Origin: Camelus ferus
Taxonomy: Eukaryota
Reading direction: 5' to 3'
DNA length: 64,000 bases
Assembly (NCBI RefSeq): GCF_009834535.1
Contig: NC_045707.1
Coordinates: forward strand, 58,282,001 to 58,346,000
The position numbers and the translations under genes are program-made. Under the pieces are notes generated by a model. It worked only from the letters and a program-made list of their open reading frames with translations, was not told the DNA's origin and did no database searches. Shown here piece by piece: positions 28,395 through 40,061 of this stretch; the stretch's first letter is position 1, and each line of letters starts with the position of its first letter.

Positions 28395-29200
28395 AAAAAC
28401 TTTATTATGGGAATTTCAGTCACATACAGAAGTAAGGAGGATTGTGTAACGAAGTCACCTCTGTCCTATGTCCACATCCTTCAGCTTCAGCAGGGATCAG
28501 CTCCTGACCAGTTGCGTCTTACCTATACCACCACACACTACCGATTCTATCTCTGTTATTTTCAAGCAAATCTCAAATGACGTATTTTATTCTTAAATAT
28601 TTCAGTATATATCTCTAAAGGATAAAGAATCTTTTTCAAACAAAGGAACAATATCACAGTCAAACCTGAAAAAGTTACCTTAATCTCATGAAACTCCTTA
28701 GACTTAATTTCAGGTTTTATCATATATTCATTGTTCAAACGGTCTCCTAAATGATAATTTAAAAAATAATTTCCTTGGATAAGGATGCCAGTGAGATCAG
28801 TATATTGGTATCTGTTCATATATCCTTTGAGTTTCAAATGTGTAGGTCTCTTCTCCTTTACACTCTCTCTCCCCTTCTTACAATTTATTAGTTGTAGAAC
28901 TGGCCATTTGTATTTTATAGTTATAGCAGGGATCAGCAGAGGCTTGTTTCTGTATAATGAAGAGCTAAAAATGGTTTTTACATTTTTGAAGTATTGTTTA
29001 AAAAAAAAGCAACAGACCTTACGTAGCCCCAGATGACAATATTTGCTCCTTAGTCCTTTACAGTTTTCCAGCGCCTGCTTAGAGTTCCCACAGTCTGGTT
29101 TTTCATGATTGTATCTCTATCGTGTTGGCTAATGTTTTTCTGCCCTCTCTGTTTCCTATCATTGGCAGTTGGATCTAGACTCTTAATCAGGTTTAGGTTC
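28395..29200 (-). mobile_element. L1MC-type 3' fragment, with a MER58-like hAT insert at about 28925-29082
   Basis: 'ttttcaagcaaatctcaaatgacgtattttattcttaaatatttcagtatatatctctaaaggataaag…ggatctagactc'. Insert reads 'gagctaaaaatggtttttacatttttgaag…atatttgctccttagtcctttacag'. Confidence 0.5.
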
Positions 29201-29264
29201 AGTCTTGTTTTTAGGCTCATTATATTTGTTCAGTACCTCCATGATATTTATTTTTTTGTAAATC

Positions 29265-30250
29265 ATTTATTAAAGTATCTTTTACATATAATAACGTGCT
29301 ACTGTTTTAAGAGTGTGATTTGATGAATTTTGACAAATGTACACAACTGGGTAAACCACCATGAGAATCCGGATATAGAACATTTCATCACTCCTGCTCC
29401 CTTTCTGGTCAGGCCCCTCCCCTCAGGTACAGCTCCTGACAACCACTGATCTGCTCTCCGTCACTGATCTTGCTTTCTCTAGAATTTTATATAAATGGAA
29501 TCATACACTATATAGTCTTCATTTCCTGGTGTCCTCCACTTAGCATAATGTTTCTGAGATTCATTCATTTTGTGACTGAGTAGTATTCCTCTACATGGCT
29601 GCACTACTCTTTGGTTATCTGTTCACCAGTTGATGTACATTTGGACTTACTTCAAGTTTTGGGCTATTATGAAAACTGATTTTTTTGCAAGTTTTTATAG
29701 AAGTTTTAAGTGAATATGTTTTTATTTCTCTTGGTAAATAACTGGGAGTAGAATTGCTGGGTCATATGGTAAGTGTATATTTAAATTTATAAGAACTGCC
29801 AAACTTTCCCCCATGTGACCATACCACTGTTAGTTCCTATTTGCAATATACGAGATGCTCAGTTGTTTCAAATCCTCATTAACCCTTTAATTTTAGTCAG
29901 TCTTTAATTTTATTATTCAAGTAGGTGTGTAGCCTGTTGTTTTCACTTGCATTCCCCTCATAACTAATGATACGAGCCATTTTTCATGTGTTTATTTGCC
30001 ATCCCTGTAGTTTCTTTGGTGGAGTGTCTTCCAATTTTTGCTTATTTTTAATGATGCACTGAAATTTATCTGGGTATGTGAATAAATCCAGTGTCATATA
30101 TTTTTTTAAATATAGCTACTCAGTTATCCCCAAACTACATATTTAAAAAAAGACCATCCTTCCCCCTTTCCCCTGGTTTCCACTTGTACTGTAAACACAA
30201 TTTGTCTGTGTATTTGGATCTATTTCTGAACTTTCTGTTGTGTTCCTATG
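29265..30250 (-). mobile_element. Old L1 (L1ME/L1MB) 3' region
   Basis: 'aattttgacaaatgtacacaac…gacaaccactgatctgct…aaatggaatcatac…gtagaattgctgggtcatatggtaagtgtatatttaa'. Confidence 0.75.
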
Positions 30251-31870
30251 AAGTACAGCTTTTTAAAGTCCTAACTAATAGTACCTAAAAAAAAAAACAA
30301 CACCCACCCAGTTTCTTTTTTATTTGGTTACTTTTCAGATCTGTAGCAAAAATCTGAATAATTTTTATAGCATGTAAAAATAGCTTCTTTTTTTTTTTCA
30401 ATATTGGCATGTTGTTATTAGCAATGAAAATAATACATTTTCTTTTTGTTCTGAGGTTTTATTTGCTAAAATATTAGAACTCTAAAATCCATCTTTGGGA
30501 AAAGCGAAGAGCTTGATGAGAATTAGTGATGCTTATTATTTCATAAAATCTCCATTTTTGGTTTCAATTTCAAATAATTGTTAACCCAGTTCTCATGCAA
30601 CTTCCTGTCTAATCCATGTAAAAGGAGAGAATAACTTACATGTTTACATTTATCTATAAATGAGATCTGAGAAAGACAGGAGATTCAGTTTCACATTGTT
30701 GATGTAAGTATAATATAAAATCAGTAACTATTTTCTTCTCATATTTTTCTTTTGCAGATAAAAAGCTTATAATTCAGAAAGAATCTCTTAAAAAATGCTT
30801 AGAGGGTTTTTTTGGTTCTCTTTTGCTAGTACTTATGTAAATAGCAGCTCTCTCTCCCTTAAGGATACCAGCCAACTCTGTGCTCAGAGAATTATTAATC
30901 TTTGCAAGAAATAGAAATAGAGAATGTCTTTACCCACCTTTGTCCATTAACTCAGTTCGTTTTTGCTTTCTTTCTTTTCTTACTTCTTACCATTTTGACT
31001 AAATAGTTCCTCCACGTGTATTTATCCCAGTTAAGTAAGAAAGCTTAAAGAATTTGTAAGATGCTTGTTGCTAAAAGAACCGTACTGGTTTCTAGAAGAA
31101 CTTTGGAGGGAAATTGTGATTCATCCTGTAGTCCCTATTCCAAAAGCTTACTGGGAAGTAAGATGTACACACTCTCCACAGAGATAGTATGTGTGAAGAA
31201 GTATGTGTGAATTATGTGTGATAAATAGGTTCTCGGGTCAGTGGGTAAGAGTGTTGTGAAGGAAAGAGCATTCAGAATTTTGACTTGGGGTGCCACAGTC
31301 CATCTCCTGACTTGTCTCGTCTTGGTAACTCATTCATTCATTTAGCAAACATTCACCGGTTTATTTTCTTCGTCTTTCTTTTAATGCGCTGGCAAGGGAG
31401 TCTGTACTACTCTCTGACTTAAGAATTTTGGTTTCATGCTATTGACATTTGACCCTATGGTCAGGGGGTTTTGCAGTCTAGGTGCTAGACAATGATTGCT
31501 TGCACGGAGTAGAAGACTGGATGAGACCGCTCTTTATTCTTTCCAGATCTCATACTCTTGTTGACCTCTTGTCTCAGTACTATGTATTGAAGAATTTCTT
31601 TACTTCTTTCTCTTTTCCAAGATCTTTATCATACAGTTTTCAGTACTGTGGTTTTATACGCTTTAATGTTAACTAGAGTGAGTGTTCTGTCATAACTCTT
31701 TCCTTAAAAAGCAGTTTTTCTGCAGGTATTTACTCATCCAGATGATCCACCTTTCCTTTCCAAGTAAATTCAACTTATGAATTGATTTATAGGCTATTGA
31801 TACCTTAACAATATTCATTTTTCCCTTAATTTAAGAATAGGTTTTAATTTATATCCCTCAGTAAAGTTTT

Positions 31871-31908
31871 TTTTTTTTTTTTTGGTATCTGTATATTTTT
31901 ATTGAAGT
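31871..31908 (-). mobile_element. Ultra-short L1 3'-terminal insertion (about 38 bp)
   Basis: The reverse strand reads acttcaataaaaatatacagatacc-(A)n, matching the L1 end seen at about 22024. Flanked by tcagtaaagtttt (31858-31870) / tctgtaaagtttt (31909-31921). Confidence 0.7.
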
Positions 31909-32651
31909 TCTGTAAAGTTTTATAGTTTTTTAGTTTTTCTTATGGTTACTACTAAAATTATATAAGCTACCTAGCTATTGATGTTACTTTGAGAAGTTAC
32001 TAATTTTTGTATACTTAATGAAAAACCATCTTAAAGAACTCTAATAATTCTGAAATATTTTTAGGTTGACAAAACTGTATCATTTGAAATGATGAGAAGT
32101 TTGCCTTTCTTATGCTGAAATCTCTTACTCTTCTTCCCTAGTTTTATTAGGTAGCACTTTCAGCATGATACTAACACCTGTGTTGATAGTGGTCATCAGT
32201 TATCTCAATTTTGGCTTTGTTTTTGAATTTTGTTGATATTTTGCATAAAACATGATACTCTCTATTGGTTTGAGAAAGTCTTTTTAAAAGTCTTAAGAGA
32301 GATTCTTTTTCTAATCAGGACTAATTTCTTAAACTTTGCTGCCCTTTACTAGATTTCGATTGGTTCTGTTTTCCTCCTAGGTTATATAATTCTTCATAGG
32401 ATCAAATTGCCTACTGTGTTCTTTAAGTAGTCTCTCCACTTTTGGTCCCTGTCCCTGTTAATCAGAACTCTGAATTGCTATATACAGACTCTTTCCCTCA
32501 AATCAGTTTTGATCATGTTTTACTTCTATTCCAGAGAATTATAACACTATAACATCTTTCCATGTTATGTAGTGAAAAGTCCAGACTTCTCAGGCCATTT
32601 ATTATTTATGTTCCTTTGTGATCAGAGTATATACCTTTCCAGTCCTCACTT

Positions 32652-32915
32652 CTGTCAAGAACTGTGAAGGTTCTAAGATCTTACCCTGCTTGAAAGTTAA
32701 TGCATTGGCCTGCTATAGTTTCATGGATCCTGGCAGAAGACACTTGTCTCTGGGTCAGAGTCAAGAACAGTTTGTTACTCACAGAAATAGCAGGAGCCAC
32801 AGTACTATCATTTTTCTTGTACCAGTTACCTAACCCCATTTCCCCCAGGGTGAGGAGATGAGGGCCAGGTGACACCTCTACACAGTTAGTGCATTACAGG
32901 AGAGGACCCTGGACA
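32652..32915. mobile_element. ERV-type LTR fragment, family not determined
   Basis: 'tgtcaagaactgtgaaggttctaagatcttaccctgcttg…agtttcatggatcctggcagaagacac…gggtcagag…ttactcacag' resembles a recalled mammalian LTR terminus. Confidence 0.5.
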
Positions 32916-33955
32916 TTCTCTGGAATCTCAGCCTACTTGTTTCATTAATTCACTCCTTCCATTCTGTCCCCCGACTTTCTCTCCACATCATCCTAACTTA
33001 AGACTCAAATAGATGCTTTCTTCCATCCCTGCAACCATGGACCTTGTGTCTCTGAATGTTCTGCTTATCTGCTATGTTCTCCTATTACACATGCCCCAGT
33101 GACCTTTCTTGGTTATCACAGCGGCCTCAGTCTTTCTTTTCTCTTTGCACAAGTTGTAAATCCTCTTGTTTTTTCTGCCATTCTGTGCTGTCAGTGTCTT
33201 AGTGTTTACAGAGCGCCTGCAGAGATACTACTGATTTTTTGTCTCTTATAGGATAGTGTATTGGTTAAGAATGTGTTTAGTTGCAAGGAACAGATGACCC
33301 ATTTCACAATGGATGTAATGGATAGAGTTTTGTTTCTGTTTATGGGTTTTTTTTTTTCACGTAAAAAGTTTGGAGATAGATTACACATGTATTGATTCAG
33401 CTTTTTAAACAGCACCCTTTCCTGTAAGCTTTTCCATATGCTCTTCTTATCATCAGAAATACCTTTTTTTCTATATATGCATTTCGAAATTAAACCCATC
33501 CTTTAAATTATAAGCTGTCCTACAGTCTTTGTAGACGACTTACTCCCCAGGTGAAAATACTCATAAAGGTACTACTAAGCTAGAAAATGGCCTGTCTCAG
33601 TAAGTTATCCTCACACATGTCCATTTACTTGGTTTACCATGGATAGCCCATTTACTTGATTAAGTAATAAAAAATTAGAGTGAACCCTGCCTTTAAGCAA
33701 ACCCTGTCACTGGTAGTTAGAGCCTAGAGAAAAGATACGTTGGCAGGGGTGTGAATGTGGAGGTTTGGATTTTAAGCAGATAATTTAGTTTACAGGAGTT
33801 AAATGAACCTGTTGTTGAAAGAGACACCTTTATTGTGTAAATTAGTTTCTGAATGCACAAATACTTTGTAATGCTATCAAATGTTTCTTCATATACTGTC
33901 AAAACATTTTATTAATATTATATGGAAATAAAATGGAAACTCTTCTTTCATTCAG

Positions 33956-34087
33956 TGCTTAGATGAATATGAAGATGACGAAGCTGGGCAGAAAGAGCGG
34001 AAACGAGAAGATGCAATTACACAACAGAACACGATGCAGAATGAGGCTGCAAGCTTATTAGATCCAGGCAGTTCCTATCTGCTGCAA
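33956..34087 (+). CDS. PAWR: PAWR (Par-4) internal coding exon (exon 3 by human numbering), 132 nt, phase 0/0
   Basis: Acceptor tcttctttcattcag| and donor |gtgagt. Translates CLDEYEDDEAGQKERKREDAITQQNTMQNEAASLLDPGSSYLLQ, recognised as Par-4 (C-terminal part of the SAC domain). Confidence 0.97.
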
Positions 34088-36289
34088 GTGAGTGTTTAAA
34101 AATTCTGAAATGTCACTAGCTGTTTTAATGATCATTTTTAAGTTACTGTTAATAATTTTTTCCAGTTTCATTTTGGTTGCATCAACTCCATTTAAGTATT
34201 TTCACGGATTTAACCACTGACTTTCCTTATATGCAAATACTTTTTTAATGTAAGCAGTACTTGGTCCTTAGTTCCTGATCAGTATTTGCTGACTGACTGA
34301 TTAAGCAGGTTTAAACAGTATCAACTGTAAAATAACCAGGAAAAATAATTACCTTTTTGCTCTTAAGAAGTCAGAATTAGTGAGTTTAAGTGAGTGGACA
34401 GTTCTGCTCTAGGCTTATATTTGCACTAGAATTATGTAGCAAATAAAGAGTTGAATAACAAGATCCTACAAATTCAGATATTTAAGCATAATAATAAAAC
34501 ACAATATATAGTATTGTGAATCGACAGAAACATCAGTGTTTCTTTGTAATTAAAAAATACTTTTAAAAATAAAATTTAAGTCAGTTTTGAATTAGCTGTT
34601 ATCTTGGGTTCTTGTGGCACTGAAAATTGAAAGTTGTCGGTATTGGTATGCCTCAGTTTGAAGCAAGTCCCTCTACAAAATCATTCCATATAAATTGTCA
34701 TTTGGGAATGATCTCGATATAATCTAATCTTTAATTTGATGACATTTTGAGATCTTCAGCTACTGTGTTGTCTTTTCAGAGGTACAGCTTTGACTTTTTA
34801 AATGCATTTTATTATGCCACTTTAAAGAGTTTCTGAGCAGTACGAACATCTTCGCATTTTATTGATAAAAAAATGACATATAAACTTGTCTATTAATTTG
34901 CAAATTTATGATAAAAGACATTTCGCAGTGAGAGGCAAAATGCTCTGAAGTGGTTTGGATGCGAGTGCAAGGCTTCTTTCTCCTCTGCTCTTTGAGGCAG
35001 ATGTATTGACATAAAGAATCGTAGAGTGACGCGGGTTTATCTGCTCCCTTGTAGTCGAGTTGCTACTGCTAGGAGGAGGAGTAGCCTATTATAATGTGAT
35101 GTAGGCTCACCAGCAGTGCTTCTTAGCACCTCTGTGACTGTTCAGAGTCTAAAATATCTTTGTATCCTTTGTCTAGCAAAGTTGAAATTGAATATGCCTA
35201 TTCCACGTGAAGAAATAGGCTTAATTTATTGGGATAGAGGCAATATAGCGTTTTGATTAAGAATCGAGTCTTGTTTTCAGTTCTTGTTCATGTCACTTAA
35301 TTCTGGCATACTCAAAACATCAGGCAGCAGCTTTTAGAAGGAGGGCTGATTTCCTTCTGTTGAATGAAATCCTTACCCAGGCAAAGCTGGGGAGCCTAGT
35401 GTTTAGCTTAGTCCCAGGTACATACCAGGATATGGAGCAGTCTCAGCTGATCTGAGCTCTCGGGAGCTTTCTGCCTCATCTGGTTTATCTTCTTTCCTGT
35501 AGCTTTTCTGACCTCTTCCTAGGTCCACCCTTCATTGCTCTCATTTTTGTTCATTTGTTTGTTTCATTAGCAATTAGGATGTGACTCAGTGGTGCTCTTG
35601 GTTCTAAGTTTCTGTTTTGCCAGGCTGTGTGCTTAGGATGAAAGTGAGGCGAAGACTCTCCCATGGGTCCCAAGTTGCCACACTGAAGTTGGAATGGGAA
35701 CAGGAACTCTGTGTCTACGTAGATGACTTCTCTTTGAGTTACTATCTAAACTCATATATTGTTACTCATATAGGATTGATTTTATTTACAACTCCAACTT
35801 AAAAAAACAACAAAAAGGGAGAAAATAAAGGCATCATTGGTTGTTTTAAGGCTTTTTTGAATAGGACAGAAAGAAAGACTTCCTTAGTATTATCTATGTG
35901 AATTTGAGCCATTCAATGAAACAGATTTTTAAAAATGAAGAATGAAATGGGAATAGGAATTTGACACAACAGTATGCTTTGTGAAAGGTTAGAGTAATTT
36001 ATGATTCTGTTTGACATTTTTCAGGTAATATGCAGTAGTAGTAATAAGAAATGAGCCTTTAAAATTCTCATGTTTTTAACTTTAATTTTACACATTATTG
36101 GCCATGTTTTCCCTAGATAATCATGCCAGTTTTTAAAGTCATACATTAATTATCTGATTAAATAATACATAATCAATGGAAATTTTTAAAAATAATATAA
36201 ATGTAAAAGAAAGAGGAAATTACCTAGTTTGCTCTCTTTCTTTACTCTTGTATTTTTGTGAACTACTTATTAAATTTTAAACTTTAGAC

Positions 36290-36840
36290 TTAGTTAATTT
36301 AAAAAGAAGCATACTATCACATGGTAAAAATGTAGAAAGCATAGAAAGGTATGTGGTAAAAAGTCTCCCTCAGCTACCTAATTACCTTCTTTGGAGGCAG
36401 CTAGTGCTTTTCTTGTCTGTCCTTCCAAAGATAGTCCATAAACAAACATATCTGTATGTATATCTGTATGTATGTGTGTGTATATGTTCCTGATTTTAAG
36501 CACTGTTTTGCATCTTGCTCTTTTCATTTAATATTGTGGAGAGACTTCCACAATAGTACATAAAGCGCTTCTCTATTATTTTTTGTAAATGCAAAATATT
36601 CTGTTTTATAGATGTATCATTTTTCTAACTCATTTCTGTTGGTGGCCATTTGGGTTATATATATATTTTTTCTATTACAAACAGTATGTTGGTGAAAAAA
36701 CTTCCAACATATGTTATTTTGCATATGTGTGTGTAAATAAGTAGGATAAAACCCTACCACTAGAATTTCTGGGTGAAAAGGAATGTGCATCTGTAATTTT
36801 GATCACATTGCCAAAATTATCTTTGTAGGTGTTACAGCAT
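36290..36840 (-). mobile_element. Old L1ME-like 3' fragment
   Basis: 'gcactgttttgcatcttgctcttttcatttaatattgtggagagac…tagaatttctgggtgaaaaggaatgtgcatctgtaattttga…ttgccaaa'. Confidence 0.55.
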
Positions 36841-37985
36841 GAATATTTTTTTCATGTTATTCAAAGCACTTTGTGTATTATATTCAGTGGTATAGAATTT
36901 GCTTTTTTAATGTGTTTGATAGTTGCCACAGATTTCTCATTAATAGGAGTTTTCAGTGGTTAACGTTTTTTACTGTTAAGAATAATACTGGAATTAACAT
37001 CTGTATAGATTAAACTTCTACCAGAAATAAACTTACTTGGCCAAAAGCCATAAACTATTTTAAAGATTTAAAAAATTTGTAATACATATTGCCTAAATTA
37101 CTTACGAAAAAAGTTTATCAGTTTATATAATCAATGGCATTTTGTGAAAGGGCAGTTACAAATTTTATGTTTCTCCTTTCTTTTATTTGATTATTTATTG
37201 ATGTGCCTTTTAACACCATCTCAAGTGTGCTAAAAAGTTGCAAGTATTGTGCACAGAGAACTTTTTCCCCTTAAATTGTGTAAGAATAAGATGCTAACCT
37301 GATACCCTCTTATCCTCAAACTTCACTGTGTGTTTTCTACAACCAAGGTCTTCTACATAACCACCATACAACTTTAAAAAATAGGAAATTACAGTTGACA
37401 TATTCTTGTACCATCTAATATAGTCAGACCTTAACAAGTTTCTTCTGTTGTCCCGATCATGTCCTAAGTTATGGCAAAAGGTTCCAATTCAGAATCACAC
37501 TGTATTTAGTTGCTGTCATATAGCTTTAGTTTCTTCAGTCAGAAAAAGTTCCACAGTCTTTCCTTAACTTTCTTAATCTTAACATTTCTTAAGATTATAG
37601 GTCATTTATTTTGTGATATGGCCTTCCATTTAGGTTATCTAATACTTAATTATAATTAGATTCAGGTTTTACGTCTTTGTCAGAAATATCACAGGATTGG
37701 TGCTCTGTTTTTCTCACTGTGTATCCTATCAGGTGATCAATGATCTTAATTTGTTTCATTGCTGATGATGATCATTTTGGTCATGTGATTAAGGTGATGT
37801 CCGCCAGTCTTCTCTGCCCCTTCTTAATAAATATTTTGTGCACGAGTGCTTTGAACCATGTAGATATCTTAATCCCCATTGGACTTTCTGTTTATCTCTA
37901 TCCATTTATCATGTGTTTATATCTGTATATCTATGTTGACTCACTATTACCTATTTTATCTGATGGGTTATACCTTGTTAGCATC

Positions 37986-38511
37986 TGTATTAGTTTGCTC
38001 TTGCTACTATAACAAATTACCACAAATGTGGTGTCTTTGAACAACACAAATACACTGTTCTGTATTTCTGTAAGTTTAAAGTCCCACATGAGTCTCAATG
38101 GGCTAAAATCAAGGACTGAAATCAAAGGCTAACATCAGGGCTGCATTCCATTTTGGAGGCTTTAGGGAAGAATTAGTTTCCTTGCCTTTCCCAGCTTCTA
38201 GCTGCTCCCTGTAGTCCTTGTCCCTCTTCCTTCTTCAGAGTCAGCAGCGGTGGGTTGAGTGCTTCTCACATGGTGTCATTGTGACCTTTCTTCTTTGCCA
38301 TTATCTCCTTCTGCCCGTCTTCTGTCCTTCTCTTCCACTCTCAGTGACCTTTGTGATTACAGTGGGCTTATCAGATAACGCAGTATAATCTCTCTATTTA
38401 GGGTCATTGATTAGCAGCCTTAGTTTTTCTTTGCTGTGTAACCTAATATGTTTGAAGGTTATAGAGATCAAAATGTGAACATCTTTAAGGGTCATTAATC
38501 TGCCTACGATA
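37986..38511 (-). mobile_element. MaLR solo LTR (MLT1-type) nested in L1MC
   Basis: 'tgtattagtttgctcttgctactataacaaattaccacaaa…gggctaaaatcaagg…ttccttgcctttcccagcttctag…atctgcctac'. Imperfect 5-bp TSD gcatc/ccatc. Confidence 0.8.
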
Positions 38512-39069
38512 CCATCATTATTTACTTTAATATTCATATTATCCCGGATGTGGCCTGTGGGGGCCCCTTCAACCTTTTGTGTCCTTTACTGCGCCTCCAT
38601 CATTCTTGGAATACTTGTTTTCTGGCATAATGAAATATTACAGCCTCATCTTTAGCTTTCTTACTCCAGTCTTAGAAGCAGCTATTTCTCTCTAAGGAGC
38701 CCTGATTCCTTTTACCAGAAAATGATACTTTGAAGCCAAGATCTGGGCTGTAGGTATCTTCATGTTATTGAGATGTTACCATTCCTAGTCCCTCTCTATG
38801 TACAGATCTACAAAATGTATGTATATACAGATATACATATGTCTGCTGCTTGCCTACCTAGCTAGCTACATCTGTCTATCTATGTAGATATTGAAACTAA
38901 TTTATACTGATATGGCCAATTCTAATCTCATAGCATAAGACTTAATCTAGTATTTGTAACCCCCTTTTGTGACATCGAGGAACCTATTTCCTGTTATTCT
39001 TAGTATGTTTTCCTATTTGTTTAGTTCCCTTGTGCATAACCTATCTCCCATTGCCACTCCATCCCCACA

Positions 39070-39800
39070 CTTAAGTCCTCCTCACCACAAGTGGGTTCTG
39101 ACATCACACATTGGCTCTACCTTGGGCATGAACACTCTCCTCACTTTGTTCAGGCCTGGGCATCCCACGTAAGGCTACAGGACACCCTTCTTACCCTGCC
39201 TGGATTGTGGCTCCCCACACCAGATCACCCCACACTGGATCACCCCCTCTGTGGTTCCCCTCCTTACCCTGCTTAGCTTCTGCCATCCTGTGACAGGCTG
39301 CACTTCCCTAGGTTCTTTTCTTTATTCCTGCTCCTACTGAGACGTCCTGCTGGGTTACTTCTCCATGGGGACCCCTCGTCAACCTGACTGGGTTTTGGCC
39401 TCCAGGCCTGGCTGCTAGTCTCTGTGGATACTGTCTTCATCATATTTGAGCTCTGGCATGTCAGCCCTGGTCATCCCCTCCAGAGATGCTCTCCACACCC
39501 TGCGAGGACTGTGAATTCCCCATGCCAGCCTGCCTCTTTGAAGGAACACCTTCTTTACCCTTCTTGGGCTCTAAATTCCCATTCTGGGCTGCCCTCCTGA
39601 AAAGATGACCATCACACCCTACTTGGGACTCTCAGCGTCCCTTGCCTCAGACCTGATACCTGACTTCCCTTTCCTGCTTTGAGACCCCCCTTCATTCTGC
39701 TTAGGCTCTGATTTCTCAGGCCAGGCCAGATCCTCCTACTTACTATATGGACGCTCTCTTCAGTTTGCTTGGACTCTTCTCTCTACCAGGCAGCTCTTTA
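39070..39800. repeat. Degenerate tandem array, about 12 units of roughly 55-60 bp
   Basis: A core like 'gacaccctcctcaccctgcttgggctctg' recurs near 39078, 39136, 39186, 39257, 39319, 39372, 39431, 39488, 39549, 39609, 39686 and 39754. Confidence 0.7.
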
Positions 39801-39939
39801 TCGAGTAGCATTTCTGTATCCTGATACCCTGGTTTGGGCCACTGTGTTCCTTCGCAGCTTGGTCTGCCCCACGTAACGGCTTTAGGACTAAATCGATTTA
39901 GTTCAGGAAAGGAGGGGGAATGATGAGAGTTTCCGTTTT

Positions 39940-40061
39940 GTGTTTTTTTTAATTGAAGTATAGTTGCTTTACAATATTAGATATGTTACAGGTATACAAT
40001 TTAGTGATTCACAATTTTTAAAGGTTATACTCCATTTATAGTTACTAAAAATATTGACTAT
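39940..40061 (-). mobile_element. Short L1 3'-end insertion
   Basis: 'ttttttttaattgaagtatagttgctttacaatatt…caggtatacaa…agtgattcac'. Flanks agtttccgtttt / agtttctgcttt look like a decayed TSD. Confidence 0.7.

Larger units (their letters stand above)
1..33955 (+). other. PAWR: 3' part of the long PAWR intron 2 (exons 1-2 lie upstream of the window)
   Basis: No CpG island and no GC-rich Par-4 N-terminal exon in the window. Repeat-rich sequence ends at the exon-3 acceptor. Confidence 0.8.
37185..39920 (-). mobile_element. L1MC4/L1MC5-like 3' region, interrupted by a MaLR LTR and containing a C-rich tandem array
   Basis: 'taaggagccctgattccttttaccagaaaatgatactttgaagccaagatctgggctg' and 'ggctttaggactaaa…ttcaggaaaggagggg' resemble L1MC 3' UTR text as recalled. 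Confidence 0.6.

Noticed and set aside
30725..30775. Strong-looking acceptor (ttttcttttgcag|) as an extra PAWR exon
   Set aside because: In phase 0 it hits TAA after four codons. I see no convincing partner donor and no Par-4 similarity.
39070..39800. CRISPR-like repeat-spacer array
   Set aside because: The units diverge along their whole length instead of being identical repeats with unique spacers. There are no cas genes, the context is a mammalian intron, and the flanks are L1MC-like.
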